DNA of 52,956 nt from Myxococcota bacterium (GTDB lineage Bacteria; Myxococcota; JACRCW01): assembly GCA_040752415.1 (NCBI GenBank), contig JBFMGU010000042.1, positions 1 through 52,956 on the forward strand, in the 5' to 3' direction. Shown here piece by piece: positions 8,339-19,000 of the stretch (positions within the stretch are counted from its first letter, which is position 1; the number at the start of each line of letters is the position of its first letter). Under the pieces are notes generated by a model, which ran no database searches, had not been told where the DNA came from, and saw only the letters and a program-made list of their open reading frames with translations. A program made the translations under genes and the position numbers.

Positions 8339-10246
8339 ATGCTGCTACCGACGGGAGACTGGCAGGCCACGGCGCGGTGCTTTCCGGAGCTGGTGGAAGA
8401 GCTCCCGGTGGGCATCCTGCAGTTCAACACCGGCGGCCAGGTCCAATCCGCCAACAGCGTGGCGCGACAATTCCTTGACGGTGCCCACGGCGCCATCCTG
8501 GCCAACGCCATCCGTGACATCAGCCTGGCGCTGCAGGAGCGTGCCGGGCCGGTGGAGCTGGTGCTGTCCGGGGTGGGGCACCTGAGCGTGCGACTGGTGG
8601 CGCTCCCGGGCACCGGCGAGACGCACGTGGCGTTGCTGCACACCAACGTGGAGGAGCGCCTGCGCCAGCTCACGTTGGCCATGCGTCGCCTGGTGGCGCT
8701 GCCCGGCAGCGGAATGCCCCTGGAGCGCGCCGTGCGTGAGGCGTTGGCCATTGTCGCCACCGTGGTGCCCACCAGTGCGCTCGCCGTCTACCAGCGCCAG
8801 GAGCCCTCCGGCGGCCTGCAGCTGCTGGCCCAGGTGGGACGCATGCCTCGTCGGGCGGGAACGGACGCGAGCCCTTCCCTGCCGCCGCCGGTGGTCTCGC
8901 GGGTGGCCAGCTCCGGGCAGCCCGCCACCCTGGCCGTGCCCAGCACCACCCCACCTTCCGACGTCGCCACGCGCGACCCGCAGCTGGGTGTCCTGGCGCT
9001 TCCGGTCACGGCGGGACGGGAGCTGCGCGGGGTGCTCTGGGCCATGGGTCCCACCGACACCTTCCTGGAGAACGAGCTGCGCACCTTCCAGGCCCTGGCC
9101 GACGTGGTGGCCATTCTCGTCGAGCGCGGGGCGCAGGAGGCTGAGCTGGAGCGCGTGCGCGCCTGGCAGAAGGAGCTGGCGGGCGCGCTGGGCAACGCGG
9201 TGGTGCAGGAGACCGCGCACGGCATTGCCGAGGCCGTGGGCGACGTCGCGGGGATCCTGGGTCGCACGGAGCAGGAGCTGGCCGGGGTGCGCCTGGAGTC
9301 CCTGTTGGCGCCGGAGGATCTCCACAAGTTCCACGCGGCCCTGGAGCGCCTGCAGGTGGAGGGACGCGGCTCGGAGATCCTGACGGTGCAGTGGCCCGAC
9401 GGGAGGAAGGTGGAATGCCAGGTGGCGCTGCGCGCGGAAGAGAAGGATCCCCGCGGCGTGGTGCTGCTGGCGGGCTTCCGCGACCTCACCGCGGAACGCC
9501 GCCTGCGCGAGGAGATCGAGACCACGCGCGCCGGGAGCACCCAGCTGGAGCGGCTGGCCACCTTGGGAGAGCTGGCCGCCGGGCTGGTGCATGAGCTGAG
9601 CAACGTGCTGGGCGCCGTGGTGGTCAACCTGGATGTGCTGCGGGAGGACCTGGACGACGCCACCGCGCCCGCGCGTGCGAGCAGCGTGCGGGAGGTGCTG
9701 GCGGAGACGCGGGAAGGCGCCAGCCGCATGGTGGGCGTGCTGCGCGACGTGCGGGAGTTCTCCAGCGGGCGCTCCGCGTCGGAAGGTCGCGCGGACGTGG
9801 CCACGGTGATCCAGCGGACGCTCCGCCTGATGGGTTCCCAGCTGCGCAGCGCCGAGGTGTTCTCGGAATGTGCTCCCGCGCTGCCGGCGGTGGCCATCAC
9901 CAGCCACCAGCTCAGCCAGGTCCTGGTGAACCTGCTGCTCAACGCCGCGCAGGCCATGCCCAACCGGCCACGCTCCGCCAACCGCATCTGGATTGCCGCG
10001 CGGCACAGGGACTCCGGTGTCTCGCTCACCGTGGCCGACAACGCCGTGGGCATCCCCGCGGAGCTGCTGCCGCGCATCTTCGACCCGTTCTTCTCCACCA
10101 AGCTGCACCGGGAGGGCACCGGGCTGGGCCTGACCATCTGCCGAAGGATCATCCAGGGCGCGGGCGGCACCATCGACGTGGAGAGCACCTACGGCAGCGG
10201 CACCACCTTCCGGATCTCGCTGCCGGCCGCGCCGGACGGGAAGTGA
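8339..10246 (+). CDS. Cytoplasmic sensor histidine kinase (PAS-like, GAF, PAS, HisKA, HATPase)
   Basis: H-box LAAGLVHELSNVL, N-box QVLVNLLLNAAQAM, G1 DNAVGI, F-box IFDPFFSTK, G2 GTGLGL. No TM segments and no cognate receiver protein in the window. Confidence 0.9.
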   Translation: MLLPTGDWQATARCFPELVEELPVGILQFNTGGQVQSANSVARQFLDGAHGAILANAIRDISLALQERAGPVELVLSGVGHLSVRLVALPGTGETHVALLHTNVEERLRQLTLAMRRLVALPGSGMPLERAVREALAIVATVVPTSALAVYQRQEPSGGLQLLAQVGRMPRRAGTDASPSLPPPVVSRVASSGQPATLAVPSTTPPSDVATRDPQLGVLALPVTAGRELRGVLWAMGPTDTFLENELRTFQALADVVAILVERGAQEAELERVRAWQKELAGALGNAVVQETAHGIAEAVGDVAGILGRTEQELAGVRLESLLAPEDLHKFHAALERLQVEGRGSEILTVQWPDGRKVECQVALRAEEKDPRGVVLLAGFRDLTAERRLREEIETTRAGSTQLERLATLGELAAGLVHELSNVLGAVVVNLDVLREDLDDATAPARASSVREVLAETREGASRMVGVLRDVREFSSGRSASEGRADVATVIQRTLRLMGSQLRSAEVFSECAPALPAVAITSHQLSQVLVNLLLNAAQAMPNRPRSANRIWIAARHRDSGVSLTVADNAVGIPAELLPRIFDPFFSTKLHREGTGLGLTICRRIIQGAGGTIDVESTYGSGTTFRISLPAAPDGK

Positions 10247-10387
10247 CGTCCATCCCGGCACGCACAGGGAACCAGGTTCGCACGCAAGAACTGCGGTCTC
10301 GCAGCAACTGACGATCTGCGCATTCCACGTCGGTCGGCGGCCCCGTGCAGGGTGGGAGCCCTCCGCCAGATGGACCTCTCCAGGCCC

Positions 10388-10414
10388 TGTCACACTTTGC
10401 GCCCCTGAACTGTC
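10388..10414 (+). promoter_or_regulatory. ECF41-type promoter
   Basis: TGTCACA-N16-TGTC matches the known ECF41 motif TGTCACA-N16-CGTC. It lies 33 nt upstream of the gene preceding the ECF41 sigma. Confidence 0.7.
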
Positions 10415-10447
10415 TCTACGGGTGTCGTTGCCAACAAGGACCACCTC

Positions 10448-11449
10448 ATGAAGACACTGCTCAGGATCGACGCCAGCATCCGCTTGACCGGCTCCCACAC
10501 CCGCGCCCTCACGACCTACTTCGTGGAGAGATGGTTGGGTGCCAATCCCGGGGGCAAGGTCATTCAACGTTGTCTGACGACGGCCCCCGTCCCCCACCTC
10601 TCGGAAGAAACGCTTGAAACGTTCGACAACCCGGGCCCAGCGTGTGCGCTCTCCGATCAATTGATTGCGGAGCTGAGGAATGCCGACCACATCCTGCTTG
10701 GCAGTCCGCTCTACAATCTCTCCCTCCCGTCGACGCTCAAGGCCTATCTTGATCACGTGGTGCGCTCGGGAGTGACCTTTGAGGAACGGCAGGGCGCGTA
10801 CCGTGGTTTGCTGGAGGGAAAATGCGCAACCGTGATTACCGCACGCTCCAGCGAGAGCTCTCCGGACCGCGCGGACGACTTCCAGACCGGATACCTGACG
10901 CGCATCCTGGCCTTCATGGGAATTGACGACGTGGAGGTGGTGGCCCTGGACGGCACCGGGTTGGACGAGCAGAGCAAAGCCAAGGCAATGGCTCGCGCCA
11001 GGCGGCAGATCGATCTCCGGCTGGACCCCTTGGAGCCTCGGGCCTGGCTCGGGGAGTTCCACGCGGAGGACAAAGACGAGCTCCGTCGTCTGCGCAGGAG
11101 CCAGGCAGATGCCATCACCAGGGGTGATGCGGGGAGCTACGCGGCCCTGTGCACGGAGGACATCCAGCTCCTGATTCCGGCGCGAGATGTCATCTCCGGG
11201 ACGAAGGCGTTCATGGAAGTCGAGACCGCGCTCTTCAGGCGGTCCAGGTTCGTCCGCTTCCGCAAGTTCCCTCTCCGGGTGGAGCGGAGCGGGGACCTGG
11301 CCATCGAGGTGGGGCGACAGGAAGTGGAGACGCAGAATGCTGGTGACGCCGGCGGGGTGTTTGCCGCCACCCAGAAGTACACGCACGTGTTCCGTCGGAC
11401 GGAGCGGGGCTGGCGTTTTGCGGTACTCATGTCCAATCCCAGTGAGTAG
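10448..11449 (+). CDS. FMN-dependent NADH-azoreductase (AzoR/AcpD flavodoxin-2 fold) fused to a C-terminal SnoaL/DUF4440 (NTF2-like) domain
   Basis: LLRIDASIR..GSHTR, SDQLIAEL..AD..GSPLYNLSLPSTLKAYLDHVVRSGVTF, GLLEGK, YLTRILAFMGIDDV. C-terminal ~125 aa: GDAGSYAALCTED...SGDLAIEVG...KYTHVFRR..GWR. Confidence 0.85.
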   Translation: MKTLLRIDASIRLTGSHTRALTTYFVERWLGANPGGKVIQRCLTTAPVPHLSEETLETFDNPGPACALSDQLIAELRNADHILLGSPLYNLSLPSTLKAYLDHVVRSGVTFEERQGAYRGLLEGKCATVITARSSESSPDRADDFQTGYLTRILAFMGIDDVEVVALDGTGLDEQSKAKAMARARRQIDLRLDPLEPRAWLGEFHAEDKDELRRLRRSQADAITRGDAGSYAALCTEDIQLLIPARDVISGTKAFMEVETALFRRSRFVRFRKFPLRVERSGDLAIEVGRQEVETQNAGDAGGVFAATQKYTHVFRRTERGWRFAVLMSNPSE

Positions 11450-11454
11450 AAGCC

Positions 11455-12333
11455 ATGGCGACGCAAAGAACTGCAATCTTTGAGCAGCACCGCAGGACGC
11501 TGGAGGGCATTGCGTACCGGATGCTGGGCACGCGCCAGGAAGCCCAAGACGCCGTGCAGGAAACCTATTTGAGATGGCACCAGGTTGAGGTGGCCGAGCT
11601 GGACAACGCGCGTGCGTGGCTCATGACGGTCTGCAGCAGGATTGCACTGAATCAGCTGCAATCGGCGCGCAAGCAGCGGGAGGTCTACGTCGGGGAGTGG
11701 CTGCCGGAGCCCTTCCCGGACCAACCTGGCGACGATCCGGGTGTCGCGGCGGAAATCAACGACTCCATCTCGGTTGCCCTGATGCACGCGCTGGAGACGC
11801 TCTCCCCGGTGGAGCGCGCGGTGTTCCTGCTGCACGACGTTTTTGACCTGAGCTTTGACGAGGTGGCGGCAGCCGTGGGCAAGAACAGTGCGAATTGCCG
11901 GCAACTGGCGGCACGGGCGCGCAAACGCGTGCGCGCACAACGCCCCCGCTTCCAGACAACACCAGAGGAGCACCGCAGGCTGCTGGAAGGATTCATCGAG
12001 GCGGCGAGAGAGAGCGACAAGGAAAAGCTCATTTCGCTGCTGTCGCCGGGCGTGGAGCTTCACTCCGACGGCGGCGGCAGGGTCGAGGCGCTGCCCCATG
12101 TGCTGCGCGGGGCGCATGATGTCGCGGGTTTCCTTGCGGGGGTCTTCGCGCGTCTCCGTCGACAGGGGGTGGCGACCGCAACCAGATGCCAACGGTTCAA
12201 CGGCGCTCCCGGGGTCCTGCTTTTCGAGGACGAGAGTCTCGCCACGGCATTCACAATCGACGTCGACGACGGTCGGATTTGTCGCATCTACGCGCTCCGC
12301 AACCCGGACAAGCTGGGCGGATTCCGTTCCTGA
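11455..12333 (+). CDS. ECF41 (SigJ-like) RNA polymerase sigma factor with C-terminal SnoaL-like extension
   Basis: IAYRMLG..EAQDAVQETYLRW, YVGEWLPEP, LSPVERAVFLLHDVF, DGGGR and NPDKL motifs, which define ECF41. Confidence 0.92.
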   Translation: MATQRTAIFEQHRRTLEGIAYRMLGTRQEAQDAVQETYLRWHQVEVAELDNARAWLMTVCSRIALNQLQSARKQREVYVGEWLPEPFPDQPGDDPGVAAEINDSISVALMHALETLSPVERAVFLLHDVFDLSFDEVAAAVGKNSANCRQLAARARKRVRAQRPRFQTTPEEHRRLLEGFIEAARESDKEKLISLLSPGVELHSDGGGRVEALPHVLRGAHDVAGFLAGVFARLRRQGVATATRCQRFNGAPGVLLFEDESLATAFTIDVDDGRICRIYALRNPDKLGGFRS

Positions 12334-12498
12334 GTGGCAGCCCACACCGCGCTTCCGGCCGAGGCTGGTGGACGTCCTTGCGCTGGTCGCGACGCAGCCC
12401 CGGCTTCGCGCCGCCGCCGGGCCGGGCCGAGTGGTGCCACCGGAAAAAGCGCGCTTTTCCGGGAGGTTACGAGGCGGTGTCGAAGTTGTGTGTGAACT

Positions 12499-12525
12499 TG
12501 TCGAACCGATGGTGGGCCGTTCGAC
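12499..12525 (+). promoter_or_regulatory. Possible ECF42-type promoter upstream of the VOC gene
   Basis: TGTCGA-N17-CGAC resembles the TGTCGA...CG(A/T)C motif described for ECF42 targets. Also readable as the inverted repeat GTCGAAC...GTTCGAC. Confidence 0.4.
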
Positions 12526-12596
12526 GTCCGGGTGGAGGCCGAGACGGCCTTGTTGGACCCACCGGGCCCTGCGGGGCCACCCCGAGGACACTTTCC

Positions 12597-13025
12597 ATGC
12601 GCCAGATCTTCATCAACCTGCCGGTCAGCAACCTCAAGAAGTCCATGGCCTTCTTCACGCAGCTGGGCTTCAAGTTCGACCCCCGCTTCACCGACGAGAA
12701 CGCCGCCTGCCTGATCGTGGAGGAGAACATCCACGTGATGCTGCTGGTGGAGTCGTATTTCCGGTCCTTCAGCTACAAGGAGACGTGCGGGACCAACGCC
12801 GCGGAGGTGCTGTTGGCCATCGACGCTCCCAACCGCGCCAAGGTGGATGAGCTGGTGGCCAAGGCGGTGAGCGCGGGTGGCGCCACCTACAACGAGCCCA
12901 AGGATCACGGCTTCATGTACCAGCACCGCTTCCGCGACCTGGACGGTCACACCTGGGAGGTCGCCTACATGGACATGGCCGCCTTCCAGGCCATGAGCGC
13001 CCAGGCCGGCGCCCCGGCGCAGTGA
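12597..13025 (+). CDS. VOC/glyoxalase family protein
   Basis: MRQIFINLPVSNLKKSMAFFTQLGFKFDPRFTDENAACL...DHGFMYQHRFRDLDGHTWEV. GAGGA upstream of ATG 12597 (ORF-track start 12186 rejected). Confidence 0.9.
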   Translation: MRQIFINLPVSNLKKSMAFFTQLGFKFDPRFTDENAACLIVEENIHVMLLVESYFRSFSYKETCGTNAAEVLLAIDAPNRAKVDELVAKAVSAGGATYNEPKDHGFMYQHRFRDLDGHTWEVAYMDMAAFQAMSAQAGAPAQ

Positions 13026-13083
13026 GCAGAGCTGCGCGTGACGGTGACACCCGCGCTCCGCACCGGGGCGTTCGCGACGCCGC

Positions 13084-16000
13084 TCAAGGTCGGGTGGCGT
13101 CGTGCAGGCGCTGCACCTGCGGGGCCGTCAGTGCCCCACTCCAGACGCGTACGTCGTCGACACTGCCCCGGCACGGACCCACCGGCGACGTCACGGCTGC
13201 GGTGGACCGGCCCACGGTGAGCGGCGCGTCGGGCGTGGCCAGGGAGACCGCGGTGGGGCCCAACGCGATGGCAGCCCCGTTCCGATAGACGGTGACCGCT
13301 GCCCCATCAAACGCGAACACCCAGTGTTCCCACCCCGCGCCCACCGTCTCACCGGTGTCAAACCCGACCGCGCCCCCGCCCCAGAAGTGCAGGTGCTGGT
13401 CCGCCCCCACGTACACGCCAAACATGTGGCCATCCGCCGCGTCGTCACCCCACTCCACCACCACGCCTTCGGGGTTGGTCCCGTCGGGCAGGAACCAGAA
13501 TGCCAGCGTGCGCGGTGAAGCCCCGCCAAGCCCCAGCGCCGCGGCGGAGGTGACCCCGTCTGCCTGCTGGCCCGCGAAGGACAGCGCCGCGGCCGCGGTT
13601 CCGAAGCGGTCGACGGTGGGCGTGGGCAGACCGGACACCACGCCCGCTGGCGTCCCCGCGGCAATGGCGTCGGCGGAACCGGCGTCAAAGAACCACTCCA
13701 GCGCGAGCGCAACCGGGGAGAACAGCTCTCCCACCGGGGCGTACGCGGTCTGGTTGCCCGCCACGTCCGTCACCAACACGTTGAAGTGGTACGCGTTGCC
13801 GAACAGCGGCGGTGGCAGCGCCGGGCCGGTGAAGGACCACGTGGTGCCGGAGGGGGGCGCAATCGCGTCGCCCAGCTTCAGGCCGGTACCCGTCAGCTCT
13901 GCCGCCTCATCAAACGCCGTCCGCAGCCCGGGCGGATTCACGTTGCTGGAGCGGTACACGGCGTAGGAAAGCGTGCCGGGCGCGTTGTCCGCGGCGGCTT
14001 CCCACGTGAACGTCAGCGCGTGGTCGGCCGCGTGGCCGGTGATCCGCACCACCGGCGCAGCCACGGTGGGCGGCGTGCTGTCCGCGGTGGTGGCGGTGAC
14101 GACCACGGGGTCGCCCACGTTGAGCGCCTCGTCGCGGGCCACACCCGCCAGGGCGTAGGTGGTGCCGGGCGAGAGTCCGGACACCACCGTGTCAGGCAGC
14201 GGCCCCCAGTCGTACAGGACGTCCTCCGGAGCCGCGGCGGCCACCTCCGCCACCTCGTCCACGTCCGTGCTGGCCGCCCCCTTCACGATGCGGTACTGCA
14301 GGTTGGCCGTGGCGGTGACGTCGTCATAGCCATCCGCCATGCGCACGTGAAGCTGGTCATCCTGGACGAACTGGTTGGAGACATAGAGCGCGTACCCCCG
14401 GGGCGGCAGGGAATCCCCGTCGGTGGTGACGGTGGCCAGTGGGTACAGCGCCTTGTTGCCCGAGCCATCCCGCACCAGCACCGCCACCGTGTAGGTGGAG
14501 AACGGGGTGAGACCGAAGACGTTCCAACTCAGGCCTTCCGAGAAGCTGCTGCGCCAGTCCATGGCCAGCCGCTCGTCGGTGATCGCGTCCGCCTCTTCGA
14601 GCGTGTCGAGGTCCGACGCCACGGGGGAGTACACCAGCTTGTACTCCGGGGTGAAAGGCTGGCGGTCATCCGTGGCCTCGCCCCAGGTGACACCGAAGCC
14701 GTTGGGAGAGTCGCTGGCGGCGACCGGAGCCTGGGCGGGCGGCGTGGGAGGCGTGGTGTCCGGTTCGGAGAACGTGGCCTGCTCGCGTGCCGTGTAGAGC
14801 GAGAGGTTGCCGTCCTCGTCGCGCACCAGCACCGCGAATGCGTACAACGTGCCCGGGGAAAGGCCGGTGGCGCGCGCGGTGGTGGCAGCCGCGGTGTCGT
14901 CCAGCACCACGTCGGGCGCCGACGCCGCCTGCTCCACGGTGAGCAGATCGAATTCCGTTGCGGCGCGCACCACGCGGTACTCCAGGAGGCCCTGCCCGGT
15001 GGCGTCGTCACCGGCGGGCGGCCACGTCAGCTCCACCATCACGTCCGTGACAACGGTGAACACGATGTCCCCGCCCGGCACCGGCGGCTGGCTGGTGGTG
15101 CTGGAGGTATCCGGCGGATAGAGCGTGGTGTTCCCCGCGGCGTCGCGCACCAGCACCGCAAACGCGAAGGGGGTGGAGGGCGGTAGCGACATGGCCAGAC
15201 CGCCGTAGAACTCCCTCCCCCACTCCCGCACCACGCCGGCACCGGTGATCGCCGCCGCCTCACCCACGGTATCAATCTCCGCCACGGTGTTGGCCCGGAC
15301 CAGCCGGTATTCCAGCTGCTCAGGCGCGGTGCGGTTGTCGGTGGCGCCGCCCCAACCCACCGAGATGGCGTTGGGGTAACGCTGGAAGGTGAGCGCGGTT
15401 CCGGCCACCGGGGGAATCACGTCCACGCCGTAGCCCGTCCCCGGTGGATACAGCCCGCGGTTGCCCGAGGCGTCCCGCACCAGCACGGCAAACGCGTGCG
15501 GCCCTTCATGCGGCAACCCCTCCACCAGGAACGTGGTCAGGTCCGCGGTGTAGGGAGCCGCCACCACGGCCGCCGCCGCCTCGTCGACGGTGTCCACGTC
15601 CGCCTCCGCACCCGCGCGCACCAGCTGGTATTCCAGGGTCCCCGGCGCGTTGTCCGTGGCCGCGCCCCAGGAGACGCGGATGCTGGTGGGTGTGATGGCC
15701 TGGAACGTGAGGCCGTTGCCCGGCCCCGGCGGCGTGACGTCCAGCGTGGTCACCGTTGCCGGCGCGTACAGCTGGGCATTGCCCGCCTCATCCCGCACCA
15801 ACACCGCGAATGCGTGCAGGCGCGCTTCCTCCAGTGAAGTGACCGTGGCCTGCGTCACGCCGGTGGCATAGTCCGCGGCAATGCCCGCGCCCGTCGTCAC
15901 CAGGGCTTCCGCCAGGGTATCCAGCGCCTCCGCGGACGCCGCGCGGAGCACCCGGTACTGCAGGTTTGACGTCGACGAGCCGTTGTCCGTGGCGGCGCCC

Positions 16001-19000
16001 CACGCCAGCGTCACCTGGGTGGCTCCCACGTCCGTGAAGGTGATTCCCGTGCCGGGCACCGGAGGCGTTCCATCCAGGGTGTTGATGTCCACGGGCGCGT
16101 ACAGCGCCTTGTTCCCCGAGGGGTCCCGCACCAGGACGGCAAACGCGTAGCGGGTGACGTCGGTCAGGCCGGTGGCCACGTGGGTGGTGACGTCGGCGGT
16201 CCAGTCCATCACCGTGGTGGCCGCGTCGGCCGCGGGGACGGAGGCAATCAGCCAGGGGAGGTCGGCGCGGACCACGCGGTACTCCAGCCGCGAGGCCGCT
16301 ACGCGGTCATCCACCGCCGCTTCCCAGGACAGGATGACGCTGTCCACGGTGACGTCGTCAATGGTGAGTGGACCACCCGGCACCGGTGCCCGCACGTCCG
16401 GCGGCAGGCAGGCGCCCTCCAGGCAGGTCCCGGATGCGCAGTCGGTGTCGACGTTGCACGGCATTCCCGTGCCGCAGCGCGCGTCACACACGCCGGCGCA
16501 ATCCACGCCCACCTCACCGGAATCCATCCGGTCATTGAGACAGAACGCAGCGCACACGCCCCCGACACACGCGCCGCTCACGCAGTCCGCGGGACCACGA
16601 CACGTCCGGCCCACGGCGCACGCGCCGCACAGCACGCTGCAGTCCACGTCGCCCTCGTCCGGGTCCTTGACGCCGTTGTCACAGGTGTCCGCGCCGCAGC
16701 GGTTTTCACCGGCCACGTTGCGGCACGGGAGCCCCGCCGCGCAGTCCCGACCGTCAAAGCACCGCTCCCCCGGCCCACACTTGCGGCAGCGTCCCCCACA
16801 ATCCACGTCCACTTCACCGCCGTTCTTGATTCCGTCAAAGCACTCGTCGGGATGCTCCACACAGGTGTGATGGGCGGTGCTGCACACGCCGCTGTCACAG
16901 TCGGAGTTGACGAGACACCCTTCACCCAGAGCGCACCTGTGGATGCACGGGCCGCCACAATCCCTATCCGTCTCCCCACCGTTGGCCACGCCATCCCAGC
17001 AGCTCGGACCGGCACAGAAGGGATAGCTGTCGAGGAGCCGCCGGCAGACGTGTTCCGCGCAATCGGCGTCGGTGCGGCAGCTGCGGTTGAAGGGACAGGG
17101 ACGGCAGCGGCCGCCGCAGTCGACGTCGGACTCGTCGCCACCCTGGGTGTTGTCGGTGCAGGTGCTCTGCTGGCACGTGCGGTTGGTGAAGTCGAAAGCA
17201 CCGGAGGGCAGCTTGGCCGGTGCGCACACCAGGCCGCCCGCGCAATCAAACCGGCTCTCACAGCGTTGGCCCACGCCGCACCGGCCGCACGCGCCGCCGC
17301 AATCCACGTCGGTCTCCCGGAGGGCTTCGGTGCGCTCATTGTCTTTGCAGCCGTCCGCGACGCAGAACAGGCCGTCCCAGTACGGAGTGGCACAGTCCGC
17401 GGGGTTGACGCACTCCTTTCCGTCCGCGCACTTGGGGCAGTCCCGGCCCCCGCAATCCACGCCGCTCTCGTCCATGTTGCGGCGGCGGTCCACGCAGTGG
17501 TCGCTGGTACACACGCCAGGCTCGAGCCGCCCGTCGACCATTCGCGGGGTGATGCAGAATCCGCTCATGCAGTCCGTGGGCACGGTGCAGCGCTTGCCAT
17601 CCGCGCAGCCGGTACAGCCACCCCCGCAGTCCAGCCCAGTCTCCGGACCGTTCTGCACACCGTCGCCGCAGTGGTTGGTGCTGCAACGCTTGAACGAGCA
17701 ATAGAGTCCTTCGTCGCAGTCCTCCTCCGTGTCGCAGGACTTTCCCTCCGCACAGGATCCGCACTTGTTGCCGCAGTCGACGTCGGTTTCGTCCGACGGG
17801 TCGAACTGGTCGTTGTCGCACAGGCCTTCGCAGTAGCCGAAGCCGGTGGCCTCCCACTTCCTGGCCCACAGCTCCCAGTCCTTGTTCCAGGGCTCGAAGC
17901 TGTCCTCCAGGCCCTCCTCCGCCGCGCGCCGACCCGCGTTGCTCGACGTCGGGATCTGCGCCCGCGCGCCCGCCCTCAGGCCCATGTTCAACAACAGCGA
18001 CAAGCGCGTGGTGGAGTCCGGTGCGGTGCTGTACATGAGGTCCTTGGGACACGTCTCCTTGTACGTCACGCGCCCCACCAGGGAGGTGCGGACACCCGCG
18101 TAGAGCCCCACGGCGTCGTAGAGGAACACGTTGAAGCGCGGGATGAGCCCGCAGGCCACCTCCGCCTTGCCACGCAGCGTCACGCCGCGCGTCTTCCACT
18201 TCCAGCTCAGGTCGTAACCGGGTCCCGTCACCTCCCCGCCGTTCTCCGACTGGTAACCCACCTCGAAGTCCACGTTCCCTTTCGCGCTGAGCTCTGCCCG
18301 GGCGGTGATTCCGCCGTTGAGCAGCACGCCGCACTCCAGGTCCACCTGCTTGGTGGTCACGATCACCACGGGCACCGGACCCGCGTACACCGTCTTCACC
18401 TGCGGCTTGGAAAGGTAGAGCACCTTGCGGAAACCGTTGGCGGGCTGGACGTCCTTGCCAAGGATGGCCTTGCGGAAACGGTTCTTGATCTCCGCGGTGT
18501 ACGCGTCTCCGGCAAAGCGGGAATCCGTGGACTCGATCTGGGCCTCCCCGTCCACCTCGATGTTGACGTCGGCTTCAAAGGTGGCCGCCGCCGCCGCACC
18601 CGCGGCGAAAGGAGACGCGCCCGGACGGACGGGAACCGAGATGTAGTACGTGATCTCGGGGTCGAAGACCGCGGTGCCGTCGACGCGGGCCGTGCCCTCG
18701 GCGGTCACCACGAAGACGGCGCGCGACTTCCTGGTGGTGTATTCCTTCCGGAATTTCTGGTCGACCACGCCGTAATCGAAATCCTTCTCGAAGCGCTGTC
18801 CCAGGGTGCCCTCGAACGAGACGTTCCCTTCAATGACGGCGTCGCGCAGGACCTGGAATCCCGTCTCCACGGCACCCACGAAGTCATCCCAGGAGAGCGG
18901 TTGCCCCACGCTGCTGGACCCACTTTCCACCGGCAGGTCCCGACCGGGCTCTTCGTCGGGATCCTCCGCCATGTGGAGCAGGTCGGAGGCCATGCCGGCC

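Noticed and set aside
8345..11476. 1043-aa antisense ORF over the kinase and azoreductase
   Set aside because: Shadow frame of high-GC3 genes on the opposite strand; no motifs of its own.
12440..12462. Near-palindrome CCGGAAAAAGCGCGCTTTTCCGG
   Set aside because: Single occurrence with no trailing U tract; cannot distinguish an operator from chance.
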